A stretch of 64,000 bases of DNA from Saccostrea cucullata. Taxonomy: Eukaryota. The stretch's first letter is position 1; every line of letters starts with the position of its first letter. Under the pieces are notes generated by a model, which saw only the letters and a program-made list of their open reading frames with translations, was not told where the DNA came from and ran no database searches. The stretch covers positions 310,001 through 374,000 of the forward strand of contig NW_026934500.1 of assembly GCF_032062105.1 (NCBI RefSeq), given 5' to 3'. Below are positions 1 through 11,857 of this stretch, one piece after another. The translations under genes were made by a program, and so were the position numbers.

Positions 1-1275
1 CCTACACATGAGCAGAAAGGAATACGCCACTGGACATCACACGTCAGACAACAAAACGACAATAAGCGAACGTCATTCGATCAGAAAAAGCATGTTTGAC
101 TCAGTTGATCTAAATGTAACCGACTGAAAAAAAAATCCTACTCTTAAGTTCTATTTCTAAAGTTCTTTCTTAAAAAAAAAATAAATTTCATGTATATTGC
201 AATCAGTAATGCGATGAGTAGTGGATTCATCACATGCTTCTCCACAGTCCACTACTTAAGCAACATAGTGTTCCTGCACCTTGAAGAATGCTTCTCCTTT
301 ACATATCACTACCTATTGTATTTTCAAATTATTACCTTCCTTTCTGACTTAAAGTTCTTAATTTCACTTTACTGACGTTTGACGATTAAAAAAAAACTTC
401 TTGTGTTTATTGTTTTTATATTTATTGATTCTACAGTGTGAATGAGCTCTTATATTCTGACTTGTACTTTCAATTTATGGAGGTGTTGACTAAAAAACAA
501 TAGTGTTTTTTTCCCTAAACTGTTATTCAAGGCTTTTGGATACACTATTTATCTGCATATCACTTCAATAAAGTGTTAGTGCTTTATGCACAACTGTTCG
601 CACTTACAGTTAATACAATTTTTATATATTCCCCATAAATATTCTCACAACAATAATTATCATTAATTGGAGGAGAAGGAGTAACAAGTTTTTATTTCAG
701 AAAGTGATCAGAAAATGAAATGTAAAACTTTAGGGGTGACCTTAGCACAGAATGTACAGGACAGTCAGCTACCTTACAAACGAATAAAACTACCTGTAAG
801 GCTTATGCTTACTCGAAACTTCAATGAATATATGAATTTAAATCTGAAAGGAAAAACTTATTTTTTCGAGGAAGTTGGTGAAAAAGAGAAATCATGATCA
901 TTAACCAAATAACTGTTTAAATGTTTACAGTCTAACAAAGCAAATACATTCAAAATTGCTATATAGCACATGTATGATATTCTGGTTTTTACATAAACTT
1001 GTCATTGCATAGTGTCCTTTCTCTATTTAACAACTTTCAGTTCTCAATGAGTTCATGACTATGTCATGTACGCAATGGAATTGAAAATTGTGAGTAAGTG
1101 AAAGACAATAGTAAACAAAATAGTCGAACGCGTCACTTCATAAAAGTGCGTCCTTTTTGAAATACACATTTTCTTTTCGCTAGCTGCAATTTTTGACCTC
1201 TAAATGTCTAATAACTTTACAATTAAAATGAAAAATTCTAGTAATTTAACTAAAATAAACATGTTTTAGTCGTAC

Positions 1276-3433
1276 CAATAGGTGCAGTAACCGAGTGTTT
1301 ATGTGTTGGTCTAGTATGGTGAGTATGTGATTGAACCCTTGTAGTATTTGTTGTGATCACGTGATGAGATGACGTTGTTGGAACAGTTGAAATTGCTGGT
1401 CTTGTGAAATTATGCCAGGAGGACAATTCAAACATTGCATAGGGTCTGGGAGCTATAGTCGAACACAGCTATGAAAAATAGAAATCAAATGTTCTTATTA
1501 ATGTACAATGTATACATGAATATTTTTTTAATTAAAATCGGGCTTTATGGAAGATTTGATCACTGTGTGCCACAAGCCTCTGACGAGCCAGGGAAAATGT
1601 TTTGCAGACGCATCCCAATAAAACTCATTGTAAAAATGGGGGGCACAGTGCTATCATTTTTTGAGTTTTATTGGGATGTAAAACGGGTTGACACATGACC
1701 TGATACCTTATTACTTATGTTTACATTTGTGATTTATTCATACTTTAAATTTGCCTGATTGTGACTTTTAACGTGTGAAATGCATTATTTTTCAAACCCA
1801 ACGGCATGTATGTAATCCAACGCCCGTCGACTCTTTATGACGTCACTGAGAAATTACGTCGAACGTTTATCCATACGCACATCTATGACCTCTTGACCCC
1901 GTACCTGTATTTACACAGTTATAAAAACGCTTGCTTTCAGTAGTGTTATATAAAGGAAAACATTTGCAAATGTAAATATTAGTGCATGATGAGACATTGG
2001 GGGACACAGTGTATGATGAGACATTAGGGGACGCAGTGTTTGATTATACACTTGGGGACGCAGTGCATGATGATACACTAGGGGACGCAGTGTTTGATTA
2101 CACCAGGGGACGCAGTGTTTGATGATACTTTAGGTAACACAATATATAATGAGACCCCAAGGGACGCAGTGTATGATGAAAAACCAGAGGATGCAATGTA
2201 TTATAAGACACTAGGGTTGCAGTACATGTATATGACGAAACATTGACGGGGGGGGGGGGGGGGGGCAGTGTATGATGAGACATTGGGGGTGCATTGTATG
2301 CTGAGACATTTGGGAACGCAGTGTATAATGATACAGTAAGAGGCACTGAAATGCAATAAATATGGAGATAATGTAGAGTATTCAAGCCCAAAGTCCTTTC
2401 AAACAATACAAATTGGGAGCAAACCAACACGCCGACCTCCAAAAACATCAGGATGGGATCAGGTGCAATGGAGGAGTGAGCAGCTCGGCCGACAGGCCAC
2501 AGCCTGTGTGTCTTCTTGTTATGATCGGGGGGGGGGATACAAAAATCCGTAGACAAATTGCAATTCAGTGTGTAAATAATGGCCAAACAATTAGTATAAA
2601 AATGTCAGTCTGCATCTGACCTAATCATAGGTTGTATTTCCAGACAGGCTCATTCACAGGGGCCTGTAACATACTGTATTTGATTTTACATAATCACTCT
2701 ATGTATACAAAAAGAGAAAGGGAAACAACGTCAGCTCGAATTTACACAGGGTCGATCTCGGAAATAACTCGTGTTTTCAATAAAATACCTTGCAGTTAGT
2801 GAAATAACGTCTGGGATCATTAAGTAATAATCACTCTTTAATAAAAATACCATCGCGGTCATTTAAGAATCGTGTAAGTCGTGTTTTGCTGATCCGATAT
2901 CCTGTCATGCAAGTGATGTAGTTTAAGTCGTCCACTAAATTCGCTAAACATTGCATCCAATATTTAACGCGAGATGTGATTGGTCAATGGTGCTTTTCTA
3001 CAACAGATCTGACCAATCACGCTCCGCTTTTTACCAATCATGGATTTTTCCAAAATGTCGTCTGTTCTGGGCTCGAGCCTTTATTCAAATCGAAGATGTT
3101 GTACCTTTTAATTGCAATTAACAAAAGAAAAAGATGATTTTCGTGAACGCTGGATCTTTACATTGTGTTTTTCATCTCCGGAAAGACTTCAAAACTGAAG
3201 AAAATATGCGAATTTTGCCTCGTTTTAGTGGACGACTTAAAGTACATCGACTCGCACAACGGGATATCGAGTTAGTATTACCCAACTTAAACGCTATAAA
3301 AAGTAACGAGGTTTCTGTCTTATTAAAGGATATTTATTGTAGTATGATTTCTAGTTATAATTTAATTGGCTACATTCTTTTTTCTATGAAATACGAAATA
3401 TTTTCGAGATAGACCCTGTGTAAATGACCCCTT

Positions 3434-3514
<81 letters not shown>

Positions 3515-6500
3515 TACGTAAAATCAAAAACAGTAAAAATCGACCATAAAACTTGTGAAATGATGGACAGGTTTTAAACGAATCTTTTGATATCCTTATT
3601 TCTTCAGCTGAACTTGTATGTCAACATAATTAACTAGCATGTTGACATAAATATGTTGCATGTCTACATCATTATGTTGCATGTTAACATAATTTATCTT
3701 GTATGTAGGGGGCAGAAATATGCCACCATACAGCTGAGATACAAAAACCCCATATGCAAGAGATTAGGATATATCTAAGAATATATTGTTAAATGTAAAA
3801 GTAAGGGAAATCGACAATTGAAAAGTTAAAGTAATCAAGTTTTCCCCTAAGCTTTGTTGATAGGTCACCATTACCATCTTTTCTAGTAAAATAATCAAAA
3901 TTAATATGAAAAAGATGTTTCAGACTCTGTGGTATCTTAATTCAAGCTTGCTGGGATATATATCTACTTAATTGTTTTAAGTGATAATCATGGTCAAGAT
4001 GAGACTAGAGCAAGTTGTTTTTCTTTCTCATATAGAAATTTTATTCTGTTTCATATGAATACAAAAATAGTCTGCTTATAAGGAAGAGAAATTGGTACCC
4101 GTGGAAATTTGAACAGATTGTTGGAAGACCGATCTCCAAAAACTACAAAGATGTTGTCAATCAGAAAACAAAAAAGAGAGCACAAGATGGAAAGGAAGAG
4201 TGTCGGAACCTTGAAGAAATCAAAGAGACTGTTCATCATAGTTCAACATAGTGTAAAACCACGGGAACATCTGAAGGATAAGATGGCTTCAATGAGTCCA
4301 AAGATCAAAAACGTGTTGTCAGTTAAACAAAAAGCCTGTTTCACGAGGACCTTGCACTAAACTTAATCATCAAGGGATGACCGGGCCAAAGGTGAAATTG
4401 CACTTAATCTTCTGGGTATTTGGCAAAACCATAAGCTTTGTTTTTGTCAAAGTCATGGGAATTTTGTGACGAGTTCTATCCCAAATAAGTGACCTCTCAA
4501 TTGAAACTCAGATCTAGATAGATAAATTATAAAATTTATTACAAAAATAATTTGCCTGTATAGGCACGACTTATTAAAAGTAGCGCTAGCCACGAGACTT
4601 ACAATTCACCACTTCAATATTTTGATTGCTCTACTTTAAATTCGACATGCATACTAGTACGAGCATGTGGTATAGATGTCAAGATTGTTAATCAGTAGTG
4701 TAAATTGTTGTACCTGTGAATGAATACATCCTGTGGAAAATATTCGATCCCCAAACTCATAAACCTCTGTTATATGGCAAACCTAGAGAAATAAAACTTT
4801 AAATTAAGGAAATTCACTGGTGTTATTCGTCATGAAATAATAAAGCTGCATCGAATGACTTGCATGCTATGGTCAACAGAAAATTTTGTTTTAGAAAACT
4901 GAATGATTGATTCACTGTACTATACTACTAGTATTTATACAGAATGAGAATTAACATTATCTTCAATATTTAAGAGAAACAAAGAAAGTATGGTTACCTC
5001 CGATTCTCTACAGTAGGTTATCGTCTGGCAGTCTGAAGCGTTACGTATCTGAGTACACCCTAAACACACGGGACCTCGGTTAACCGGAAACCCTATAAGA
5101 TAGGATATTTACATTGTCATCGGTAAACTTGATTTCTTTTTCTTTTTTCAAGAAAAAAGGGATGTTTGAAACTTTTTGTTAAGAACTTAAGACTCAATTG
5201 TGGATTGAAAATTACAGAAAAAAAAGAATAAACAGAACTGTATAATTACTTTTATTACATTTTCAACTGTGAAATACCGTAATTTATCCATTGAATAAAA
5301 GTGATATCCTGTCACAGTGTGAAAGGATATCAAAATGATTTGTCACGGTCAAATGAAAGAATATCAAAGTGCGGGAAAATCACCAAAAGTGTTGTTAAAA
5401 ACTTTGTTATAAGTTAGAAAACGAGTTTATAAATCATTTAAGGAATGACTCTAATTCTTGGCCAGATTATCGAGTATAATATGGTTTGGGTCAGTTTACG
5501 CTTTATAATCCGCGAAGCGGATTATAAAAAGCGTACCCAAACCATATTAACTCGATAATCTGGCCAAGATTTAGAGTCATTCCTTATTACTTAATTAAAA
5601 AATAATGAAACAACTGTGGATGTAAAATTTTGTTGCTTTTTATGAGTTCAAATTTACCGCGCAATAATACAACCGTAGTAACTGAAGTGATGGGAAGCGA
5701 GGGGAAAAAAGATACATAGATCTAGCAGCCATGATGCTTGTTTACATGAGGTAAGATCGAGCAACTGTTTGAAGTTAAAGGTACATTCATTATATATACT
5801 GGAAATGAGGGGATTGATGGATACAGATGATTCAGCTGGTTATGTGTTACCAAACCAGATTATACAAAATGTTATGCGTTCCTTTTTGGAAATCAACCAA
5901 TGAGAGACAAGAATACAAACAGAATTAAATTATTCTGTCATAAAATAAAACTGCGAAAGTTCCCCAAATATGTTGCTGAAATTCAAGTTTACAATGTTTT
6001 TCCATAGCTATGACGTCTCAATCGCTCAACTATGACGTCATATACCTAAGACTGCATCACAAAAAACACGTAGGCAACCGGAAAATCAAAGAAAATGTAA
6101 TAAACAGAAAATTCAATGTTTTGTAGTGAATAGATTTATTAATTAATATGCACTTGAAATATCCCATCAATTCTCTATATATACATATAAATATTATGTT
6201 GTCAAGGTTATTTTCAACTGGTTTTTAGAATGTTTAATTTTTTAATTTAACTTTAAAAAAGAATTTCCTTTTAGATTTATTAATTAATATGCACTTATAT
6301 CCCACCGTCAAATAATACCAGTATTCATTTAGTAGTACTAATATGACTTAAAATTTTGAAATCCATTTTAGTATAAACAAGTGTTGACATAAGAAAGTTC
6401 TCCCCAGCTCGAGTTTATTAAAATGAAAATATAGATATTAATTTTAAATGTATAAATAAAATTGACAAACCTGGTTCGCCACAACCTTTCGAGTTGCACA

Positions 6501-7036
6501 GATTCGAGTTGCAACATTCAGTGCAAGTTATCGTCTGCATCAATCCGTTTGTATAGGCCGTTATAGAACCGGTGGAATTCTGTCTCACGCATACCTGAAA
6601 AAAAGATTTTAAATCTTCAAAATCAATTTATTTTTTACATGTCCTGAAAACATTTTTTTCAGCAAATACATGTAAATGATCTCAATAAATGTATTATAAC
6701 AATTCATATTCAAAATTCATTAAAATTTATAATTTATGGCAAGTGTCTCAAATGGCCCCTTAAAATGAATTATCTTAATTTTACTTTAAATATAGCTTTA
6801 ATTTGTATAGCTCTACATGTGACCTTTATTGCTCATTTTCAATTTGACCAAAATAATTTAGAAATATGACATCATTAAGGCTCAAGTGAGCTTTTTGATC
6901 AAAATTTGCCCGTTGTTTGTCGTCGTTGTTGTTGTCTTGTCGTAACCTTTTCATACTTTCATCTTCTTCTCAAAAATCACTGAGCCAATTTCAACCAAAC
7001 TTGCTACAAAGTATCCTTGGGTTAAGGGGATTCAAT

Positions 7037-7069
<33 letters not shown>

Positions 7070-10000
7070 AGGGAGATAATTATGAATTAGTGATAAATTA
7101 ATGGTATTTTTAAAAAATCTTCTCAAGAATCAGTGGGCCAGGAAAGAGGAAACTGATGTAGAAGCATCCTCTTATAGTAGATTTTCAAGTTTGCTCAAAC
7201 TATGACCCCCGGATGTAGGGTGGGGCCACAATATAGTATAAAAGTTTAGCACAGGAATACATAGGAAAAAAGTTCTTCTCAAGAACCACTGGGGCAGGAA
7301 GGATGAAACTCATGTTGAAGCATCCTATGGTAATGAAGATTCAAGTTTTACGAAATCATGACCCCTGGGGATAGTGTGGGGCCACAATGGGGTATCAAAG
7401 TTTAACATAGGAATACATAGGAAATAATCTTTTTCTCAAAGACAGCAAAGTCGTGAATGGTCATAGTTATATGGAAGCATCCTCTGAAAGTGTATATTCA
7501 AGTTTGTTCAAATCATGACCCTCGGGGGTAGGGGCGCAACGGGGGATCAAAGTTTAACATAAGAATACATATGAAAAATATATAAATCTTCTTCTCAAGA
7601 ACAACAAAGCCATGATTGGTCATAGTTAAACGGAAGCATCCTCTGGTAGTGAAGATTCAAGTTTGTTCAAATCATGACCCCTGGGGCAAGGGTGGGGCCA
7701 TTATGAGTGATCAAAGTAGGATTACGAAGAAAAAAAAAGCATTTTTAGGAAGTATAGATTTAAGTTTGTTCAAATATCTCCCTCCCCCTCCTCCCTCGAA
7801 CCCGCTTTTATAATATATTTAAAATTTTCAATACTAAAGTTAAACTAATTTTTCGCCGATGCATAGCTAGTTGCTCAGGTGAGTGATGTTGCCTCTAGGC
7901 CTCTTGTTATTATAAACAAGAGGCCTCTGGTAGTGAAGATCCATTCGTTATTATAAATAATGGGAGGATAATTCCATTTTTCGAATGTTCATTCCATATT
8001 GGATCCAAAAAGTTCTCTTATAGAAATCAAAAATTGTTTTCTCGAGTATAAAGTGTTTTGCATCACATATAAGGGTTTATATTATACATGTAAGTAGCCT
8101 AATTTTCTCACATCATTCAGCATACATCCTGAGTTGTAGCGAATTCCATCGGATGAAGCAACTTTTTCCACGAAGCAAACCTAAAATTAGATAACAACAA
8201 GTGTTTAACTTTGACAAAGTGCAGTATTTAAGGTATATTGAACAAATTTTTACTGCAGAAATACTGATACCAAAGTGACAAGATTAATTTCGCATCTGCA
8301 ACAAATATATTATATATTCATAACTTTGACCATTCAATCAATTCAAAACATTCATTATTAAGTATTTTTCTTCTATTTTTTACTTTCTTTTATGAAACCA
8401 TATTACACCTCAAAGGTTTATGTCTTGAAATTGCCATTTCTTTATAGCCCTTGACTGCAAACTATTTAATTGGCTGTTATCCATGGTCCATATTGTCAAT
8501 TCTTGTCTAGTAGTAAATAAAGTTTGCCATTTGTGGATTATTTTTTTTATTCACCTTTTCATTTTCATGCAAAATCCAGATATTTTATGAGCAAAAGTAT
8601 TTTGCTGCTTTATGTGACCATAGTTCTACTTGCCTCGTTTTCAGCACAGTAGGTGATACCGTGACAGTGACGTGGTTGAATGACGTTGACACACTGCAGA
8701 CACATCAAGGCTAATCCTGGAAAGAAACAAGTACAAGCAATATTATACAAAAAATCTTCCTCCATTGTTTGCAAATGCAAAGTAAAATTAAGTGAAAAGA
8801 CTTTTGAAAATATAATTGCATTTGAATTCATTCTGACTGTACAATATATATTTTTCTGTCGAATATTCCTGATAATCACTTTTTTAAATCACAACAAAGT
8901 TTACTGTTTCTATCTCTATATATTGTTTATAATTGTCACGTATTTTGTAAATAATACTTTGTTGTTTTCTTGTATCATTTAACCTTAAGCATAATAAATC
9001 AATGCACCTTTTAGCTTAAGAAAAGTGAACTTTTAAAGAAAATTTAGTAATTTAAATTTAAATTGTACTTCGGTTTTAAATCACCTTATCGACTCCAAAA
9101 TAGAAAAACGAAACGCAAAATAAAAATTGAAATTAAAAAAAATCTAACCATAAATAAGCTACATATCTTAAGGTAGGTCACTCGTCAGCTATTTGGAAAA
9201 GTTCACGCAGAACCTCTTACTTCAAAACTATTTATCAATATTCCATTTTTTAAACATATTTAATTTCAACAAAGTTATTGTTATAACATTCAACAAAAAA
9301 ACTGCTCAAAAAGCTACAAAGAAACAAGATTTTTGAGGGACTATTTTTTGTGGTGGAAGGATATTTAGCAGATAATTCTGCAAATCTGCACATTTATTAG
9401 ATTTAATATCTTAGACTTTTAGCCTCACATACTTTTACTCGGAGAATATTTTCCATTATGATATTGCTAGGAATATTTAATAGAGGTCTTAATTTATATT
9501 TTTAGAAAAAGTTTTACACTTCCTTCAACAAACATTGCCAAAAATGAAGATATGTCAAATAAGTCAATATAAAATTAACACCATTTTTTGCCTGAAAATC
9601 ACATATTTTGACCAATATTTCAAAATTAACATCACTGACCCCAACTTTTTCTTTCATTATTTTAAAGTACTCGATACTTGTGACTGATCAGCACTTAAGT
9701 CGTAAAAAGCTTGATATAAGAAAATCTTTTATTGCCTATTTAGTTTTTTAATACCCCAAAATATGTTACTTTTTAGTGCAAAAAGGTCACACAATAATTT
9801 ACGCGCATTAATTTGCAAGATTTGTTCAATGATGAATATTATTCAAAATATTTTAAGCAAAATAAGATATGTTTTGCCATGGTTACATCTGATAAAATAT
9901 AATAAAGGCTTAAGTAATTAACCAACGAGTTAAAGTTTAAGTGCAAAAAGGTCAACTTCATTGTACCGTAAATCAGTAAGATGAACACTGACCCCCTTTT

Positions 10001-10895
10001 TTCTCCGCGATTTTGAGTCACTCTAAATGAGTACTTATCCAAAATATACTTCTCAATAAATCCTTGATTTAACAAATTTCACGAGTGACATACCTTAAGT
10101 TGTTTTTTATTCTGACAATTATTCTTACCTTGTGACAATTCTGCACTCAGTAAAAGCAATATTGAAACCAGATCTAAAATATTTTAATACATTCATCACT
10201 TATTATTTAAACGTGATGACATCTCATGAATTTCTCTCACTTATGAAGCAATATTCCAATATCATCTGTATGAGGTTTTTGTCTCCTATTTGAATTTGAT
10301 CTTCGTTTGATTAATTTAAAAAAAAAACGATTAATTATCGATTATTAACCCACAAATTAAAAAAAAAGCACATCAACAGTTTCGTTTGAAATTATCATTT
10401 TGGAAGTCCTATAGTCGATACAATGATCTAATCAATATAATACATCTCTCATTATGTCAAATCCCGACTGACGGTTTCATACTTAATGTAAGGCCAATTT
10501 TCATACAATAAAACCTCGGATTTTCCCTTTTACCAATCATTACATGGGGCGGGTGTGACCGGTCTGTCCATAGAATGCTTACTCCTCCATGGCACTTGCT
10601 CCGTCTAATATGTTTTCAGAGGTCCGTATTTCCTTCGCCCCAAATGTGCATTGTTTATATGAACTGTAAACTTGAATGCTATTCGTTATCTCCATATAAC
10701 ATTATGAAGAAAGCACGTGGAACTTAAGAACTTCTAATGTACCAGAGAAGAAAATAATTACGTAGTATGCATATTTATAAATTAAATGTTTCATACAATG
10801 TATGTTAACAGAGTAATACTAAGAAATAAGTAGTTATGACTAGTATGATTTGTTTCTTATTATATTATTGAGATCACTTACAACTTACTGTTCAT
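1276..10895 (-). CDS. Paralog A: secreted tandem three-finger (Ly6/uPAR-like) protein with His/Thr-rich insert; possibly truncated or pseudogenised at the 3' end
   Basis: Hand-assembled exons with consistent phases: putative ATG micro-exon 10895-10889 (tentative); signal exon ~10173-10129 (LVSILLLLSAELSQG); 8716-8634 (LALMCLQCVNVIQPRHCHGITYCAENE, GC donor); 8180-8112 (VCFVEKVASSDGIRYNSGCMLND); 6594-6471 (VCVRQN...TCTECCNSNLCNSKGCGEPG); 5092-4998 (FPVNRGPVCLGCTQIRNASDCQTITYCRESE); 4782-4714 (VCHITEVYEFGDRIFSTGCIHSQ); 1468-1276 (LCSTIAPRPY...Thr/His-rich...APIG). The likely next exon starts at 312 and has an early TAA. Confidence 0.8.
1981..2345. repeat. ~29-bp minisatellite (gcagtgtatgatgagacattgggggac) with an internal poly-G run
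   Basis: About a dozen degenerate tandem units are visible; poly-G at ~2248-2265. Confidence 0.85.
2365..4165 (-). mobile_element. Degraded Penelope-like retroelement (RT remnant plus 3' tail) interrupted by younger insertions
   Basis: The minus strand near 4050-4165 reads FLIDNIFVVFGD..FQQSV..GT....ADLFLYSYE-like across frameshifts. The 3' tail at 2365-2640 matches other copies in the window. Confidence 0.75.
2673..3535. mobile_element. MITE with TACTGT...ACAGTA ends and ~90-bp TIRs; a (TA)n expansion sits in the right TIR
   Basis: tactgtatttgattttacataatcac...agaaaggg...tttacacagggtcgatctcggaaata is mirrored at 3400-3535; (TA)n at ~3441-3509. Confidence 0.75.
5439..5586. repeat. ~148-bp hairpin palindrome with GCGAAGC apex
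   Basis: taaggaatgactctaa...atcc-gcgaagc-ggat...ttagagtcattcctta; the arms are nearly perfectly complementary apart from one short bulge. Confidence 0.9.
6877..7908 (+). mobile_element. Helentron/HINE-type non-autonomous element carrying ~165-bp satellite monomers
   Basis: 5' box ggctcaagtgagcttt plus a gtc/gtt microsatellite, tandem monomers (ttcttctcaagaac...gattcaagtttgttcaaatcatgacccc), and 3' box caggtgagtgatgttgcctctaggcctcttgtt. This resembles oyster Cg170-bearing HINEs. Confidence 0.8.
9172..10094. mobile_element. Non-autonomous DNA transposon with TTAA target duplication and GG...CC ends (Kolobok-like)
   Basis: ttaa|ggtaggtcactcgt ... acgagtgacatacc|ttaa. Confidence 0.8.
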
Positions 10896-11360
10896 TGTAC
10901 GGCGTTTTATAGATAAGAAGAGAAACTGATATGCATTGAAATTCTATACATTGTCTACTTCGATCAAGGGATTTGAAATGGAATACACGGAGATAACGAA
11001 CAGTATTCGAGCTCAAAGGTCCATTTAAACAATACAGATCAAGAGCAGAGCAAATAAGAGTCCTCTAAAATATCAGAGGTGGGATCAGTTGCCATGAAGG
11101 AGTGAGTGTCCCCTTCCAACCAGTCACACTCACCGTGTGTTCCTTGTCATGATCGGGAAATAACGGAAAAATCGATGGACAATTCAGTGTGTAAATAATG
11201 GTCTAACAATTAGTATGAAGAATGACAGTACATTTGACTTAATGATATATTGTATTTTCTGACAAGGTAATTGAATCGACCATAGAACGTACGAAAGGAT
11301 GACTTTAAACGAGACTGCTGATATTCGTGCTTCATCAACTTGTTTGTCAATAACTTACTT
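10430..11360. mobile_element. Two convergent Penelope-like 3'-end fragments (+ 10430-10700; - 10985-11360)
   Basis: ggcgggtgtgaccggtc...atgcttactcctccatggcac on + and its reverse complement (gaggtgggatcagttgccatgaaggagtgag) downstream. Confidence 0.7.
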
Positions 11361-11857
11361 CCTTTTATTAATTGTAATTATAAGGTGCTAGTACGTTACA
11401 TATTGTGTGTATGTATATATTATTGACCTTTCAAAGGCTTCCTTGATTAAAAAATCATACTGCATTAGAAATATTTCATACGGGTGGCAGTGAAATATGG
11501 GTTCTTACTAGTTTATCGGCGTTAATGCACTAATGAAAGGAAGAAACCAGAAGTTTTTTCTAGACTGTAGCTCTATTGGTTTGTGCTTATAACAAAGGAA
11601 GAGAAAAGTAGAGGCTGAGACTTGAAACTTTGACCTGTAGAGCTAAAAATCGACAAAATTTAAGTAGATGTAAAATGTTGTAACTGACTTTGATGATTAG
11701 TTAACTTTAATCTTAATTACATCAATTTAATCATTATTCATCAATTCTTTTTGCCATCTTTAACGACAAACCAGAGTCGAAAATCAAGTTTTAATTCATT
11801 CCAAGGAATTATATTAATTTTTTACAAGGAAAAAGCCCCGGAATGGTCGAGGCTTCA

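Noticed and set aside
2098-2619. 162-aa and 68-aa ORFs
   Set aside because: They span a minisatellite, a poly-G run and a retroelement tail, with no coding signature.
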